In this document: piece by piece, positions 48,882-59,222 of the stretch | Layout of the letters: each line of letters opens with the position of its first letter | How positions within the stretch are numbered: the stretch's first letter is position 1 | Source of the DNA: Candidatus Zixiibacteriota bacterium | GTDB lineage: Bacteria; Zixibacteria; MSB-5A5; CAIYYT01 | Assembly (NCBI GenBank): GCA_020853795.1 | Contig: JADYYF010000044.1 | Location: 1,058-65,057, forward strand | DNA length: 64,000 nucleotides | Reading direction: 5' to 3' | The notes under the pieces: model-generated | What the model was told of the DNA's origin: nothing | Database searches by the model: none | What the model saw: the letters and a program-made list of their open reading frames with translations, nothing else | Translations under genes and position numbers: made by a program

Positions 48882-51800
48882 CTAACGCAGCAGCACCATC
48901 GTCCGTCCGACCCGCGTCGATGAAGTCCTTAAGACGTAGTAGTAGACACCTGATGCTACCGGCAGCTGCCGATCGTCACGACCGTTCCACGTCAGTTGAG
49001 TCTGACCTGCCGGACGCGTCCCCTCCGATAACAGCCGGACTTGCTGACCGCGGATATTGTACACCGTCAACGAAATCCAGTCCGCTTTTGGCAAGTTGAA
49101 TTCGATAACCGTGGTCGGATTGAATGGGTTGGGACGATTTTGGGACAGTTCGACTGCATCAGGAAGAACCGCAGCTGGCGCGCCCGCCATCGCATCGAGA
49201 ATTCCGATCAGTTCAGTGCGCCCGCGGCTTTCCGGGCAATCAATCAGCGCCCGGCGGATCTTGCTCCAATCGAATTCACCCGCGTGCCCGGCAAGAGCGC
49301 CGTCGTCGCCGTCCTCACCGGCGCGCCCCATGCCGGCAATCGTCTTCAGCCAGTTGTCTGCGACTCCGCAGATGTCTTCGGCTTCCACGGCGCCGTTACC
49401 GTCGGCGTCGGCGTAGATCGCGGCGTAGGGCGACCAAGCATTTTCGCCCAGCACAACGCGCGCCAGGTGGCGCGACCAAAGCCAATCACCGTCGCCTCGT
49501 GGCGGACCCTGGATGTCGAAGTACCGTCCAATCGGCAAGACATCGCGTTCATCAACGATGCCATTATGGTCAGTATCACCCGGCCAAACTGCCGCTCCAG
49601 TGACAAACGTTCGCACCGAGTCGCGACTGCGCAATGGGATGCCGTCGGAAGTCGTCAGGCCCGGACTGATGTGGATGATCACCGAGTCAAGTTCGAGAAA
49701 TTCGTCTCCCGCAGCCGGGGCGACGATCAGCGTAACTCGATCATTCGCCGTCACGACGTCTGTGGTACAGCCGGCGCCTTTGCGACTCTCGACCACAACC
49801 GCCTCAAGTAGGGTCGCGGTGCTGATCAGGCCGTTAAATGGCAGGCTGATCACTTCATTGATCTGAACGCTCCCCAGGATCGGCGGTACTGTCAATGCCA
49901 GCGACTTGCCCGCCACTAGGGTCACACGCGCATTGCCGCCATTTGAGAGCAAGTCAATGTGGGCCCAATGGTATCCCGAGGCCAACTGTGAACTATCGAC
50001 CGCAACTGCAACCTTGATGCTCCCGCCGACCGCGATGGTCCCATTTCCGGGGCTGAGTGCGAGCCACGGAACATCGGCGCTTCCGGACCATTCGAGTTGC
50101 GCTTCGCCGTGATTCTCGATAGACAGCTCCGCTGCAACAGCGTCGATCACGAACCGGACGGTATCGGGCTGGACGGCGATAATCGCTCCGGGCCGGACCC
50201 CGATCGAGAGTGAGTTTGTATCCGCCAGAAATCCGTCACTGGCAATCAGGCTGACGGCATAGGTGCCGACTTGGTCAAGTTCCGGCGTGAAGGCAATCTC
50301 GCCGCTTCCGCTGCCGCGGTCTGTAAAGGTTGCGTGCGGCGGGACTCCCAGCGCGCTCAGGGTCAGGGGGTCGGAGTCGGGATCACTCGCCTCCACCGCG
50401 TGAATCAGTGTCTGACCGACGTGCATCACCGTATCCCGAACCGTGACCCATGCCGGCCGGCGATTGACATTGGTCACCGTAATTGTCACGCCGGCACTGA
50501 CAGAGAATACGCCGTCGGTTGCCGCAAACGTGACCACATGCACACCGCTTTGCGCATATGACGGCGTCCAATTGAACTGCCCGCTGCCGTCGCCGTGGTC
50601 GCTGAACGTAGCGCCTGGCGGCAGCCCCGAGGCGCTTAACGTTGGAATCGTGCCGTCCGGGTCGGTTGCCGTGACTTCAATCTCGATCGGCTGCTGCTCG
50701 GCAATTTCGCGGTCTGCGATCGGCGCAATCACCGGCGGACGATTCGTGCCGGTCACAACAATCGCAACGTCGGCGGTGTCGCTCAATGTGCCGTCGCTGG
50801 CCAAGAACCGCACCGCGTATTGTCCCGCCTGGCCAAAATCTGGCGCAAAGGTAAAGCGACCTCGTCCTCCACCAAGATCAGTAAACGTGGCGTTCTGCAT
50901 CAGGTTCACAGCGGTGAGCCTCGGCGCTGTGCCGTCCGGATCGCTGGCGCTGATCTCCAGCACGAGCGTCTCACCCTCGGCAACCGTATCATCCGCAATC
51001 GTCGCAAAGACCGGTGGACGGTTGACGTTGGTCACTGTTATCTGCACCGACATCGTATCGGCAAGTTCACCATCGTTGGCAAAGAAGGTCACGGTGTAGG
51101 TGCCTGCCTGTTCGTAAGAGGGGGTGAAGGTCAGACTGCCGCTGCCGTCGCCGTGATCAGCGAATGTCCCGTTCACCGGCAGCGCTCCGGTACTCAGATC
51201 GGGGATATCCTCATCCGGATCGTCAGCCGCCACCGCGAGAATCAGCGTTTGACTCTCCAGGATCGTCGTATCTGCCCGCTCGACGAACACCGGCGGCCGG
51301 TTGAGCGTGCAACCGACTGGATAGACACCCATCCCGCCACAGGTCGTATGTGCCGCCGCACACGGCGAAGTCGCCGCAATCGTGAAGTTACTGCCGGCAG
51401 CATTGCAGAAGAGTGGATCGGCGGCAATGTTCCCACGCAAACCGAGTTGTCGCGACAAGACCCCCACCCAGTTGCCGCCGGCATTGCCGTATATGTCGGT
51501 GCACGTGATCGTCATGCCGATGATGCCGTCGGCATCATCGATGCCCGGGCCGGTCGTGGAATTGGCGATGATGCAGTTCGCCATCATGATCGGACCGACA
51601 TAGTTCCCCTCAACGTTCGGGTCAATGCCGGTCTTGTTGTTCACAAATGTCGAGTGATTGATGCTCAATGTTCCGACCTGCGCCAGATAGAGCCCGCCGC
51701 CGGTCGATGCCGTGTTGCCGGAGAAGAAGCACGAATCGATGCTGACGGTGTTCTCCTCCGACCAATAGATCGCGATCGCCCCGCCGTTCGTCTGCGCGCG

Positions 51801-53504
51801 GTTACCGACGAGATCGCATTTGGTCACGGTCAGATTGTTGCCATAACTCTCGATCCCGTTCCCGGTGCCGTTGCTGATGGCACAGCCGGTAACCGTCAAG
51901 ACTGACTGCAGCGCGCGAATGGCACCGCTTTCTCCGAGAGCATTGGTTACTGACGACCCGAACTGGCAGCCGCTGATTGTTGCGGTAGTGCCGCTCCACA
52001 TGCGGAGTCCGTACCCGGAATTGCCAGTGATGCGGCCGCCGGTGATGGTGATATTCGCGCTCGTCTCCAGCTGCACGCCGGCACTGTCGTTGTTCTGAAT
52101 GACACAGTTCTCGATCCGGGCCTGCGAGCCGCTGCGGCAATAGATCCCCCGGCCGGTGCTGCCCTCGATTATGCAATTGCGGATCGTTGGCGAAGCCGTC
52201 CAGCAGAAGACAGCGGCACCATTGCCGCCGCTGGCGTTGCGGATCGTGAATCCCTGCAGCACGACTCCGCCAGGGGCGTAGTAATCATAATTGAAGCCGG
52301 GATAAAGCCCCTGACAATCGATGATCGTTGTTGCCGGACCCGCCGATGAGACAATACTCACCGGGCGTTCACCGAAGCTGCCGATGTTGCAGTTGGAGGC
52401 ACCGGTATAGGTCCCGGGCGCCACGCGCACGGTTCCCGGCGAGCGCAAACCGAACGCGGTATACGCGGCACTGATCGTCGCAAACTCCGAGGGCACATCG
52501 TGAGTCCCGGTGATGTCGAAGCGGTTTGCCGCAGAGAACGCAGAACCGATCCCCGTGTAGTTCGCCTGCACCCGCCAGTAATAATGCGTATTGAGGTAGC
52601 CGCCGGAATTTGGCAACGGCGTGGTGAGCGTGTAGGAACCCTCTGTGATTCCGGTATAGGTACGGGGTGTGGGAAAGCTCGCACTCGTGTCCACTTGGAG
52701 CGTGTAGTTGGCGCCGTCGTCCGACCAGGTGAAGGTGGGTAAGTTGTTCTCAATCGTGGCCAGATTGGCCGGCGAAATCAGCGTCGGCGTTACCACCGTG
52801 AATTTGATGCGGCGCACCAAGTCGACGTATATCGCGCCCTTGCCGCTGTAGGAGCCGATCAGTACGGAGACGGCGGCAAGATCCGAAAACGCGCCCGCTG
52901 TCGGTTCCTGAAGCGAAATCGTCGTCCAGGCGTTGGTGGGCAACGCACTCGTCCAGCCGACATAACTGAACACGGTATCGCCCGGCTTCATGTAGCCGAT
53001 CATCGCGTATGCCGTTGCGGAAAAGGACTTGTAGATGCGCGCTTCAATTCGACTGGCGCCATCCCAGGTGGCTGGGACCGGGGACTGGATCGACTTGATC
53101 TGCCAGCTATAGTGGCAGCTGTCCGTATAGTAACCGTCAAAGGCACAGGTCATTTGCGCCGATCCGGTTCCGCCAAAGCTGCTCCAAGCCAAGGCGAATG
53201 GCGATCCGACTGCTTTCATTCGCGTGCGCTCGACGCAGCGAACATCGGGGTAGTACTCCTGCACGGTATCGGCGGTGTGGAAAAAAGTCCAGCCGTCGAG
53301 ACTGCTGGTGAAGTTGTAGGCAAGGGTATCGTACCCTTGTGGCTCAAGCAGTTGCTCCCGTGCGAATACTGGTCCTTCTGGCTCCGTTTCAGTCGGTCGT
53401 CCAGCCAATGAAGATGGTGTCGAACCCTGAGCGAGCGAAGATAGCAGAAGACTCATCAGGCCGAGGAGAGCTGCCCGGACGGAATAAGGGACAAGCGAAC
53501 TCAT
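48882..53504 (-). CDS. Large secreted modular protein: beta-sandwich, FN3-like, right-handed beta-helix, four Ig/cadherin-like repeats, BACON-like, dockerin-like, FlgD/T9SS-like C-terminal domain
   Basis: Signal peptide; parallel beta-helix repeats; WPGDTDHNGIVD and DADGNGAVEAED; LSQNRPNPFNPTT...SGVYYYVL; ATG 53504 with GAGG RBS. Confidence 0.8.
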   Translation of the reverse strand: MSSLVPYSVRAALLGLMSLLLSSLAQGSTPSSLAGRPTETEPEGPVFAREQLLEPQGYDTLAYNFTSSLDGWTFFHTADTVQEYYPDVRCVERTRMKAVGSPFALAWSSFGGTGSAQMTCAFDGYYTDSCHYSWQIKSIQSPVPATWDGASRIEARIYKSFSATAYAMIGYMKPGDTVFSYVGWTSALPTNAWTTISLQEPTAGAFSDLAAVSVLIGSYSGKGAIYVDLVRRIKFTVVTPTLISPANLATIENNLPTFTWSDDGANYTLQVDTSASFPTPRTYTGITEGSYTLTTPLPNSGGYLNTHYYWRVQANYTGIGSAFSAANRFDITGTHDVPSEFATISAAYTAFGLRSPGTVRVAPGTYTGASNCNIGSFGERPVSIVSSAGPATTIIDCQGLYPGFNYDYYAPGGVVLQGFTIRNASGGNGAAVFCWTASPTIRNCIIEGSTGRGIYCRSGSQARIENCVIQNNDSAGVQLETSANITITGGRITGNSGYGLRMWSGTTATISGCQFGSSVTNALGESGAIRALQSVLTVTGCAISNGTGNGIESYGNNLTVTKCDLVGNRAQTNGGAIAIYWSEENTVSIDSCFFSGNTASTGGGLYLAQVGTLSINHSTFVNNKTGIDPNVEGNYVGPIMMANCIIANSTTGPGIDDADGIIGMTITCTDIYGNAGGNWVGVLSRQLGLRGNIAADPLFCNAAGSNFTIAATSPCAAAHTTCGGMGVYPVGCTLNRPPVFVERADTTILESQTLILAVAADDPDEDIPDLSTGALPVNGTFADHGDGSGSLTFTPSYEQAGTYTVTFFANDGELADTMSVQITVTNVNRPPVFATIADDTVAEGETLVLEISASDPDGTAPRLTAVNLMQNATFTDLGGGRGRFTFAPDFGQAGQYAVRFLASDGTLSDTADVAIVVTGTNRPPVIAPIADREIAEQQPIEIEVTATDPDGTIPTLSASGLPPGATFSDHGDGSGQFNWTPSYAQSGVHVVTFAATDGVFSVSAGVTITVTNVNRRPAWVTVRDTVMHVGQTLIHAVEASDPDSDPLTLSALGVPPHATFTDRGSGSGEIAFTPELDQVGTYAVSLIASDGFLADTNSLSIGVRPGAIIAVQPDTVRFVIDAVAAELSIENHGEAQLEWSGSADVPWLALSPGNGTIAVGGSIKVAVAVDSSQLASGYHWAHIDLLSNGGNARVTLVAGKSLALTVPPILGSVQINEVISLPFNGLISTATLLEAVVVESRKGAGCTTDVVTANDRVTLIVAPAAGDEFLELDSVIIHISPGLTTSDGIPLRSRDSVRTFVTGAAVWPGDTDHNGIVDERDVLPIGRYFDIQGPPRGDGDWLWSRHLARVVLGENAWSPYAAIYADADGNGAVEAEDICGVADNWLKTIAGMGRAGEDGDDGALAGHAGEFDWSKIRRALIDCPESRGRTELIGILDAMAGAPAAVLPDAVELSQNRPNPFNPTTVIEFNLPKADWISLTVYNIRGQQVRLLSEGTRPAGQTQLTWNGRDDRQLPVASGVYYYVLRTSSTRVGRTMVLLR
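50195..51302 (-). repeat. Four tandem 93-aa (279-nt) Ig-like repeats within the large protein
   Basis: Repeats begin with N-R-P/R-P at 51302, 51023, 50744 and 50465 (exact 279-nt period); DPD and DG motifs recur. Confidence 0.85.
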
Positions 53505-53674
53505 CAAAAACCTCAAGAGAATAGTTGTTGTGGAGAGATGTCGTGTCCGTGGATGACCTGATCCATTTTAAGGTAAATCATTGCCATAAAATAGCAAGCG
53601 AGATTAATGTCGCGCCCAAACGTTTGTTGGAGCCTTCATGTTCGGCCATCTAATGTCGATAAACCAATAAACGA

Positions 53675-53703
53675 TTGAATTAGGGAAGGTTTTCTGATAT
53701 CTT
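53675..53703 (+). promoter_or_regulatory. Promoter TTGAAT-N17-TATCTT with TG extension; predicted start site at the A of ATG 53710
   Basis: Direct reading; 6 nt between the -10 element and ATG; no SD sequence. Confidence 0.55.
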
Positions 53704-53709
53704 GTTGGC

Positions 53710-55101
53710 ATGATTAAGGTTTCCTGTGCCGCCGACGTCGTCAACCCCTTGCTCATTCAGCCCGGAAGCGTCATCTACGCCTCTGGAAACGCTGCTACCC
53801 CTCAGTCGCTGATCGAGCACTTGGGTATCGAAACCGGGATCAAAGATGTCGATCTTTATGCCGTCCTGCTCTTGGGCGATCGCATTCGCTCGGCGTTTAC
53901 GGAGGAAGCCTGCGGTCGGATTACGTATCGCATCATCTTCAACAGCTACATCACCCGCGAGGCCGTGAATCGCGGCTGGGCGTTCTATCACCCGCTCCAC
54001 CTGTCCGAGATTCCGCGCTACATCAAGAGCGCCATTCATCCCAGTGTCGCTTTCATCAGCGTCTCTGGTCCCGATCGCGGCGGGAACTACAGTCTCGGCA
54101 CGACTGTGGAGGGAGTCCTGGAGGCCGTCAATTTCTGCAACCACAATGGTGGCATCGTCATCGCCGAACGCAATGAGCATATGCCGTTCGTGCTGGGCAC
54201 GACAATCCCGGAATCGTCAATCGACTACTTGCTCGATGTCGAGTACCCGCTGCCGTCATCCCCGATCCCGGAGCCGGATGCCGTTGCAACGCGCATCGGC
54301 GAAATCATCGCCGGGCTGTATATCATTGACGGCAGCAGCGATGGGCCCGGATCAACCCTGCAATACGGCATCGGCGAAGTTCCGGAAGCGGTCACCGAGG
54401 CGATCCTCAAAAAGGGCGTCAAGGATCTATCAATCCATACCGAATTGTTCGCCGATGCGATGGCCAAGCTGATCAAAAAGGGCGTCGTTACGAATCGCTG
54501 GAAAAAGCACCTGAATTTCTCGGTCGCGGCGATCTTCCTGTCCGAGACGCAGGCCGGCTACGATTGGCTCAGCTACAACAGCGCTGTGCAGAGCCGTCCC
54601 TCCAACTACACCAACTCTGTTTTCAAGATTGCCGAACAGCCAAATATGGTTTCGATCAATTCCGCCATCGGTGTTGACCTGCACGGAAATATCTGGGCTG
54701 ATTCCCTTGAGGCACGTAGAATTTACTCCGGCGTCGGTGGACAGAGCGACTTTATCCGCGGCGCGCAATACTCGGACGGAGGGGTGGCGATTATTGCGCT
54801 CAAATCGCAAACCAGCAACGGCATCTCCAAGATCGTCGACCGCTGCCCGGCAGGGATCACCACCACGGCGACGCCGGTTGACAAAGTCATCATCGTGACC
54901 GAATATGGCGCCCTCGACCCGCGTACTTTGAGTCTTGGCGAGCGAGCCGTCGGCATTGCCCATCTCGCAAAGCCGAGTGAGCGCGAGAAGCTGCTGAAGA
55001 TCATCAAAGACAGCCCCGAGTTTCACAAACCGAATACGATGGGAGATCGGCGTCCGCCCGGCTTTACGCCCTACGAAGACGCCGTCAAGCTTTTGCGTTA
55101 G
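53710..55101 (+). CDS. Acetyl-CoA hydrolase/transferase family (4-hydroxybutyrate CoA-transferase-like)
   Basis: LQYGIGEVP, HTELFAD, SINSAIGVDLHG, GVGGQSDFIRGA, IVTEYG. Confidence 0.85.
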   Translation: MIKVSCAADVVNPLLIQPGSVIYASGNAATPQSLIEHLGIETGIKDVDLYAVLLLGDRIRSAFTEEACGRITYRIIFNSYITREAVNRGWAFYHPLHLSEIPRYIKSAIHPSVAFISVSGPDRGGNYSLGTTVEGVLEAVNFCNHNGGIVIAERNEHMPFVLGTTIPESSIDYLLDVEYPLPSSPIPEPDAVATRIGEIIAGLYIIDGSSDGPGSTLQYGIGEVPEAVTEAILKKGVKDLSIHTELFADAMAKLIKKGVVTNRWKKHLNFSVAAIFLSETQAGYDWLSYNSAVQSRPSNYTNSVFKIAEQPNMVSINSAIGVDLHGNIWADSLEARRIYSGVGGQSDFIRGAQYSDGGVAIIALKSQTSNGISKIVDRCPAGITTTATPVDKVIIVTEYGALDPRTLSLGERAVGIAHLAKPSEREKLLKIIKDSPEFHKPNTMGDRRPPGFTPYEDAVKLLR

Positions 55102-56470
55102 CGCTATCGGCCGCCGCCATCAGACGCCGATTCTCTTTCCCGATTGCCACCGCCAGGAACAGCCACAGCACTACCAGCACCACGTTCACAATGGCGAATT
55201 GTTGCGTTTTAAGGGCAAGCCAGGTGCCCCCGGCGTACACAACCCCGGCTGAGAGCATATCGCCGATGCGCACGAAGAATGAGTCGATAGCTACCTTGGC
55301 CTTGTATTTCTCCTCGCGGGTTGTCGGAAGAAACAGCATCTGACGGGCCGTGTTGTTAATCGAGTAGTCGCCGGCGTTTTCTCCAATCTTAGTGAGTCGA
55401 ATCGAGGCTAGGATAGGCACAATCGCTACCGAGAGGTAGCCGCCCAATGCGACTAGTGGCAAGATCATTATTGCCGTGCGAATACCGAACCATTTTATCA
55501 CACGTGAAACGAGGAACAACTGGACCAGCAGCGCGATCGTGTTCACCCAAAAGAAGAAATTTGCTTTGAATTTGGCAATGAACACCTCTTCGACTTTGAG
55601 CATCGCAGGTTCCGTCCCTCCAGTCGCAGCGGCGACCTCTTGAGCATGGGCTGTTACAATTCTGTCCAAGATGTACTCCCCGGAACTATTGACCCAGTTC
55701 AGCAGTAGGATCAACAGAGCAATCATCAAGAGGTAACGGCTGCCGAAGACAACGCGAAATGCTCCCGATTGGCCGATTTCCGATTCGCGCGTCGTCTGAG
55801 ATTCATGTCCAAGTGAACGGGAGACAACTGCCCTCCTGCGTGAGTCGACTGCCTTCAATAGCAACAGACTGAGTGTCAGCAGAGCTGCGGCTAGAAGCAG
55901 ACTCTCGTACTTGCCCAGAATCCCAGCCAGGTAGTCGGGTATTTTGGCACCAACAACGGCTCCTAATGATCCGCCGAAGGCAATTATCGCAAAGAGGCGC
56001 TTGCCCTCCTCTGGAGTATGGATGTCATTGGCGAAGGACCAAAACTGCGCAATGATCGTCAGATTGAACACTCCGATGAAGACAAAATAAGCAACTCTGA
56101 CATAGGGCATGTCGGCCTTTCCCAACAGATAGAACACTGCGAACCCAACCACGAAGAATAGCGTCACGAAGTCTAGGAGTTGGCGACGCTTGAATCGAGC
56201 CACGAGCTTCGCATACGCACCGATACAGAAGATCAGAGTAAAAGCTTGAAGCGCTGACAAATAGGCTTTCAATTCCGCGCCGCCGCCGGCAAGTATCAAC
56301 TGCTCGCGCGCCACTTTGGCGATATAGTAGGATGTTAGTATCAGGAAAATGCTCAGAGTCAGCAGCAGCGTATTCCCCGCTTCGCCCGAGCGCACTTCGG
56401 CGAAGAGGTTGAGAAACCTCTCGAGAGCGCTCCGGTTATTCTTGTCAACTGTCTGCATCTTGTCACTCAA
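55085..56470 (-). CDS. Nucleotide transporter, NTT/TLC (Npt1/Npt2, ATP/ADP translocase) family
   Basis: About 11-12 TM; QFWSFANDI..PEEGKRLFAII; YSINNTARQMLFLP...KYKAKVAIDSFFVRIGD. Confidence 0.8.
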   Translation of the reverse strand: MSDKMQTVDKNNRSALERFLNLFAEVRSGEAGNTLLLTLSIFLILTSYYIAKVAREQLILAGGGAELKAYLSALQAFTLIFCIGAYAKLVARFKRRQLLDFVTLFFVVGFAVFYLLGKADMPYVRVAYFVFIGVFNLTIIAQFWSFANDIHTPEEGKRLFAIIAFGGSLGAVVGAKIPDYLAGILGKYESLLLAAALLTLSLLLLKAVDSRRRAVVSRSLGHESQTTRESEIGQSGAFRVVFGSRYLLMIALLILLLNWVNSSGEYILDRIVTAHAQEVAAATGGTEPAMLKVEEVFIAKFKANFFFWVNTIALLVQLFLVSRVIKWFGIRTAIMILPLVALGGYLSVAIVPILASIRLTKIGENAGDYSINNTARQMLFLPTTREEKYKAKVAIDSFFVRIGDMLSAGVVYAGGTWLALKTQQFAIVNVVLVVLWLFLAVAIGKENRRLMAAADSANAKA

Positions 56471-56548
56471 AGATATTCCTCACCTTCAATGAGACCGGGA
56501 ATATACCCTTTCTCGCTCGCGATGAAATGGAATTCAACGGTGTCAGCC

Positions 56549-57568
56549 TTATTTATCGGCGCGGGGAGACAGCAGGCCGCGCCAGGAGGACAGACCGTAC
56601 GTCCAGTGCAGCAGAATAAACCAGATCGGCATCGCCGCCCACTGCCAGGGGAATCCCTGCTGAACGGCAATCCCAAGCGCGACTGCTAGTGCCGCCAGCA
56701 AGTGAGCTGCCGCGACACCGACGAACACCCACAGCGCGGGTGGATAGAAGATGCCGCACAGCAGTGCCGCCAGTTGAACTCCAACAAATGCCATCGGCGC
56801 GAAGTGCCGAGGTGACAATCCGCCATAACCGAGGCGCGTCATCATGACATTCCAGAATCCATTGCGTGCCGCCTGTCGCAGCAATCCGCCCAAGGTGTTG
56901 CGGCATAGATAAGTCGGCCGAATATCAACATCGAGGTAAGAGCGAAAGCCCTGCCGGTTCATTCGATCGTGCAAGTCGTTGTCCTGATTTCGTGGTAGCT
57001 GCTCAGCAAATCCACCGACGTCCAGAATCGCTTGCTTGCGATAGAGTGCCATCGTCACCGTCGGCACCCAGCCTGACTTGGCGCCAACCCGATGCGGGGC
57101 GTTGCCGACGCCAAAGCGGTTCGACAGCACCGCGGCATTGATTCTGCCGATCGATGTCGTTCCGACAGTCCTGACTACGCCTCCGACCGCCGCTGCACCG
57201 GTCGCTTGCATAGTCGCGACACACTTCTTCAGATGATCCGATTCAAGCTTAACGTGGCCGGAAATCCAGAGACAGAGATCAAAGCGCGCGGCGGCAACGG
57301 CAATGTTCATTCCCGCCGCGGTTGAGGCACGCGGGTTGTCGAGCAGTTGAATGCGACTATCACGCTTCTGCCATTCCGCAATCTTCTCCCTGGTCCCGTC
57401 CTCCGACCCACCGTCGACGAGAATAATCTCCGTCAGATCGCGCGGATAGTCCAGCCCGACCACCGCGGCCAAACATTCGTCAATGTGTTCACCTTCGTTC
57501 CTGACGGCCAGCAAAATGGAGATGGCGGGCAATGGCGACAGGGAGTTCTCAGCGTCGGAGTTCGTCAT
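56549..57568 (-). CDS. Glycosyltransferase family 2 (ExoA-like)
   Basis: ILLAVRNE, VDGGSEDGT, RNQDNDL, C-terminal TM helices. Confidence 0.85.
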   Translation of the reverse strand: MTNSDAENSLSPLPAISILLAVRNEGEHIDECLAAVVGLDYPRDLTEIILVDGGSEDGTREKIAEWQKRDSRIQLLDNPRASTAAGMNIAVAAARFDLCLWISGHVKLESDHLKKCVATMQATGAAAVGGVVRTVGTTSIGRINAAVLSNRFGVGNAPHRVGAKSGWVPTVTMALYRKQAILDVGGFAEQLPRNQDNDLHDRMNRQGFRSYLDVDIRPTYLCRNTLGGLLRQAARNGFWNVMMTRLGYGGLSPRHFAPMAFVGVQLAALLCGIFYPPALWVFVGVAAAHLLAALAVALGIAVQQGFPWQWAAMPIWFILLHWTYGLSSWRGLLSPRADK

Positions 57569-57689
57569 CAGAATGCCCAATAATAGGGGGACACGCGGAC
57601 ACGGTCAAGCGAAACACCGGTCAAATCAACCGTTGATATCTTTGGCGGCATGCCATAGACTTACGCCGGACGCGGGATTGGGAGGATTT

Positions 57690-59117
57690 ATGCTCGCAAC
57701 TTCATATCCGTATTATCTCGGCGGTCGCCCGCTTGCGGCCAATACCAACCTGGCCGTTATTGACAAGTTCTCCGGCGAGCCGGTCACTCGGGTCGCGCTG
57801 GCCGATGGCCCCGTTATTGACGAGGCGATTGCACTTGCCGTTGCCGCCGAGGAGCCGATGCGCAAATTGCCGGCGTTCCAGCGCCAGGCCATTCTTAATC
57901 ACTGCGTCCGTCGGTTTGAAGAGCGCGCGGAAGAACTGGCGCTGGCACTTTGTCTTGAAGCCGGCAAGCCGATCCGCGACGCGCGTGGGGAAGTCACGCG
58001 CCTGATCGATACCTTCCGGATCGCTGCCGAAGAGTCGGTGCGCATTCTCGGCGAAGTCCTGCCGCTCGACATTGCTCCCCGGGCGCGTGGTTATCTCGGC
58101 ATGTGGAAGCGGGTGCCGGTCGGCGCCTGTGCGTTGATCTCGCCCTTCAATTTTCCGCTGAACCTCGTCGCCCACAAGATCGCGCCGGCTATCGCTGCCG
58201 GTTGCCCGTTTGTACTCAAACCGGCCAGCTATACGCCGGTCGGCGCGCTGCTGATCGGCGAGATTCTGTCTGAAACCGACCTGCCTGCGGGAGCGTTTTC
58301 GATCCTTCCCGCCCGGCGCGAATCGGCTGATCTGCTCGTAACCGACGAGCGCCTCAAACTCCTCTCGTTTACCGGATCGCCGGCCGCCGGCTGGGACATG
58401 AAAGCCCGCTGTGGCCACAAGAAAGTCGTCCTCGAACTGGGCGGCAACGCCGCCTGTGTAGTCGACGCCGACGCTGATCTCGACGATGCCGCGCAGCGCA
58501 TCGTCTTCGGCGCGTTCTATCAATCGGGACAAAGCTGTATCAGTGTACAGCGAATTATAGTCCACGAGACAGTCTATGCGACGTTTAAGACAAAACTGGC
58601 AGCCGCCACCAAGACCCTGAAGATGGGTGATCCTCGGGATGAGAGCACCTTCATCGGGCCGCTGATCTCCGAAGACGATGCCCGCCGTCTCGAAAATTGG
58701 ATTCAGTCCGCTGTGGCTGCGGGAGGTAGGCTTCTCTGCGGCGGCCGGCGCGACGGCGTGATGCTCGAACCGACCCTGCTGGAGGATGTGCCGCCCGGTC
58801 AAACGATCTGCACCCATGAAGCCTTCGGCCCGGTGGCCATCTTATCAACGTTCCGCGATTTTGGTGAGGCTCTGAGCGAAGTCAATAACAGCAAGTATGG
58901 CCTGCAGGCGGGAATCTTCACGCGTGATATCCAGAAAGCGCACCAAGCCTGGGACACTCTCCAGGTTGGCGGCGTCGTCATCGGCGATGTGCCCTCCTGG
59001 CGAGTCGACCACATGCCGTATGGCGGAGTCAAGGAGAGCGGCTTCGGCCGCGAGGGTATCCGCTGGGCGATCGAGGACATGACCGAAATCCGGCTGATGG
59101 TCCTGCGCCAGAAGTGA
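57690..59117 (+). CDS. NAD(P)-dependent aldehyde dehydrogenase
   Basis: ISPFNFPLNL, FTGS, ELGGN, GQSCIS, EAFGP, PYGGVKESGFGREG; GGAGG RBS before ATG 57690. Confidence 0.93.
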   Translation: MLATSYPYYLGGRPLAANTNLAVIDKFSGEPVTRVALADGPVIDEAIALAVAAEEPMRKLPAFQRQAILNHCVRRFEERAEELALALCLEAGKPIRDARGEVTRLIDTFRIAAEESVRILGEVLPLDIAPRARGYLGMWKRVPVGACALISPFNFPLNLVAHKIAPAIAAGCPFVLKPASYTPVGALLIGEILSETDLPAGAFSILPARRESADLLVTDERLKLLSFTGSPAAGWDMKARCGHKKVVLELGGNAACVVDADADLDDAAQRIVFGAFYQSGQSCISVQRIIVHETVYATFKTKLAAATKTLKMGDPRDESTFIGPLISEDDARRLENWIQSAVAAGGRLLCGGRRDGVMLEPTLLEDVPPGQTICTHEAFGPVAILSTFRDFGEALSEVNNSKYGLQAGIFTRDIQKAHQAWDTLQVGGVVIGDVPSWRVDHMPYGGVKESGFGREGIRWAIEDMTEIRLMVLRQK

Positions 59118-59222
59118 TTTATCCGCAACGCTGCTCTCCAATTCTCCCGGATCGAATCGTATTCCTTCTAATCCTAATCTTGCGAGGATGCCGCGGGCGT
59201 TATCGAAAAGGCGTGATCCATT

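Noticed and set aside
50195-51302. Periodic sequence as a CRISPR-like or non-coding tandem array
   Set aside because: The 279-nt period is in frame and degenerate at the DNA level, so these are protein domain repeats
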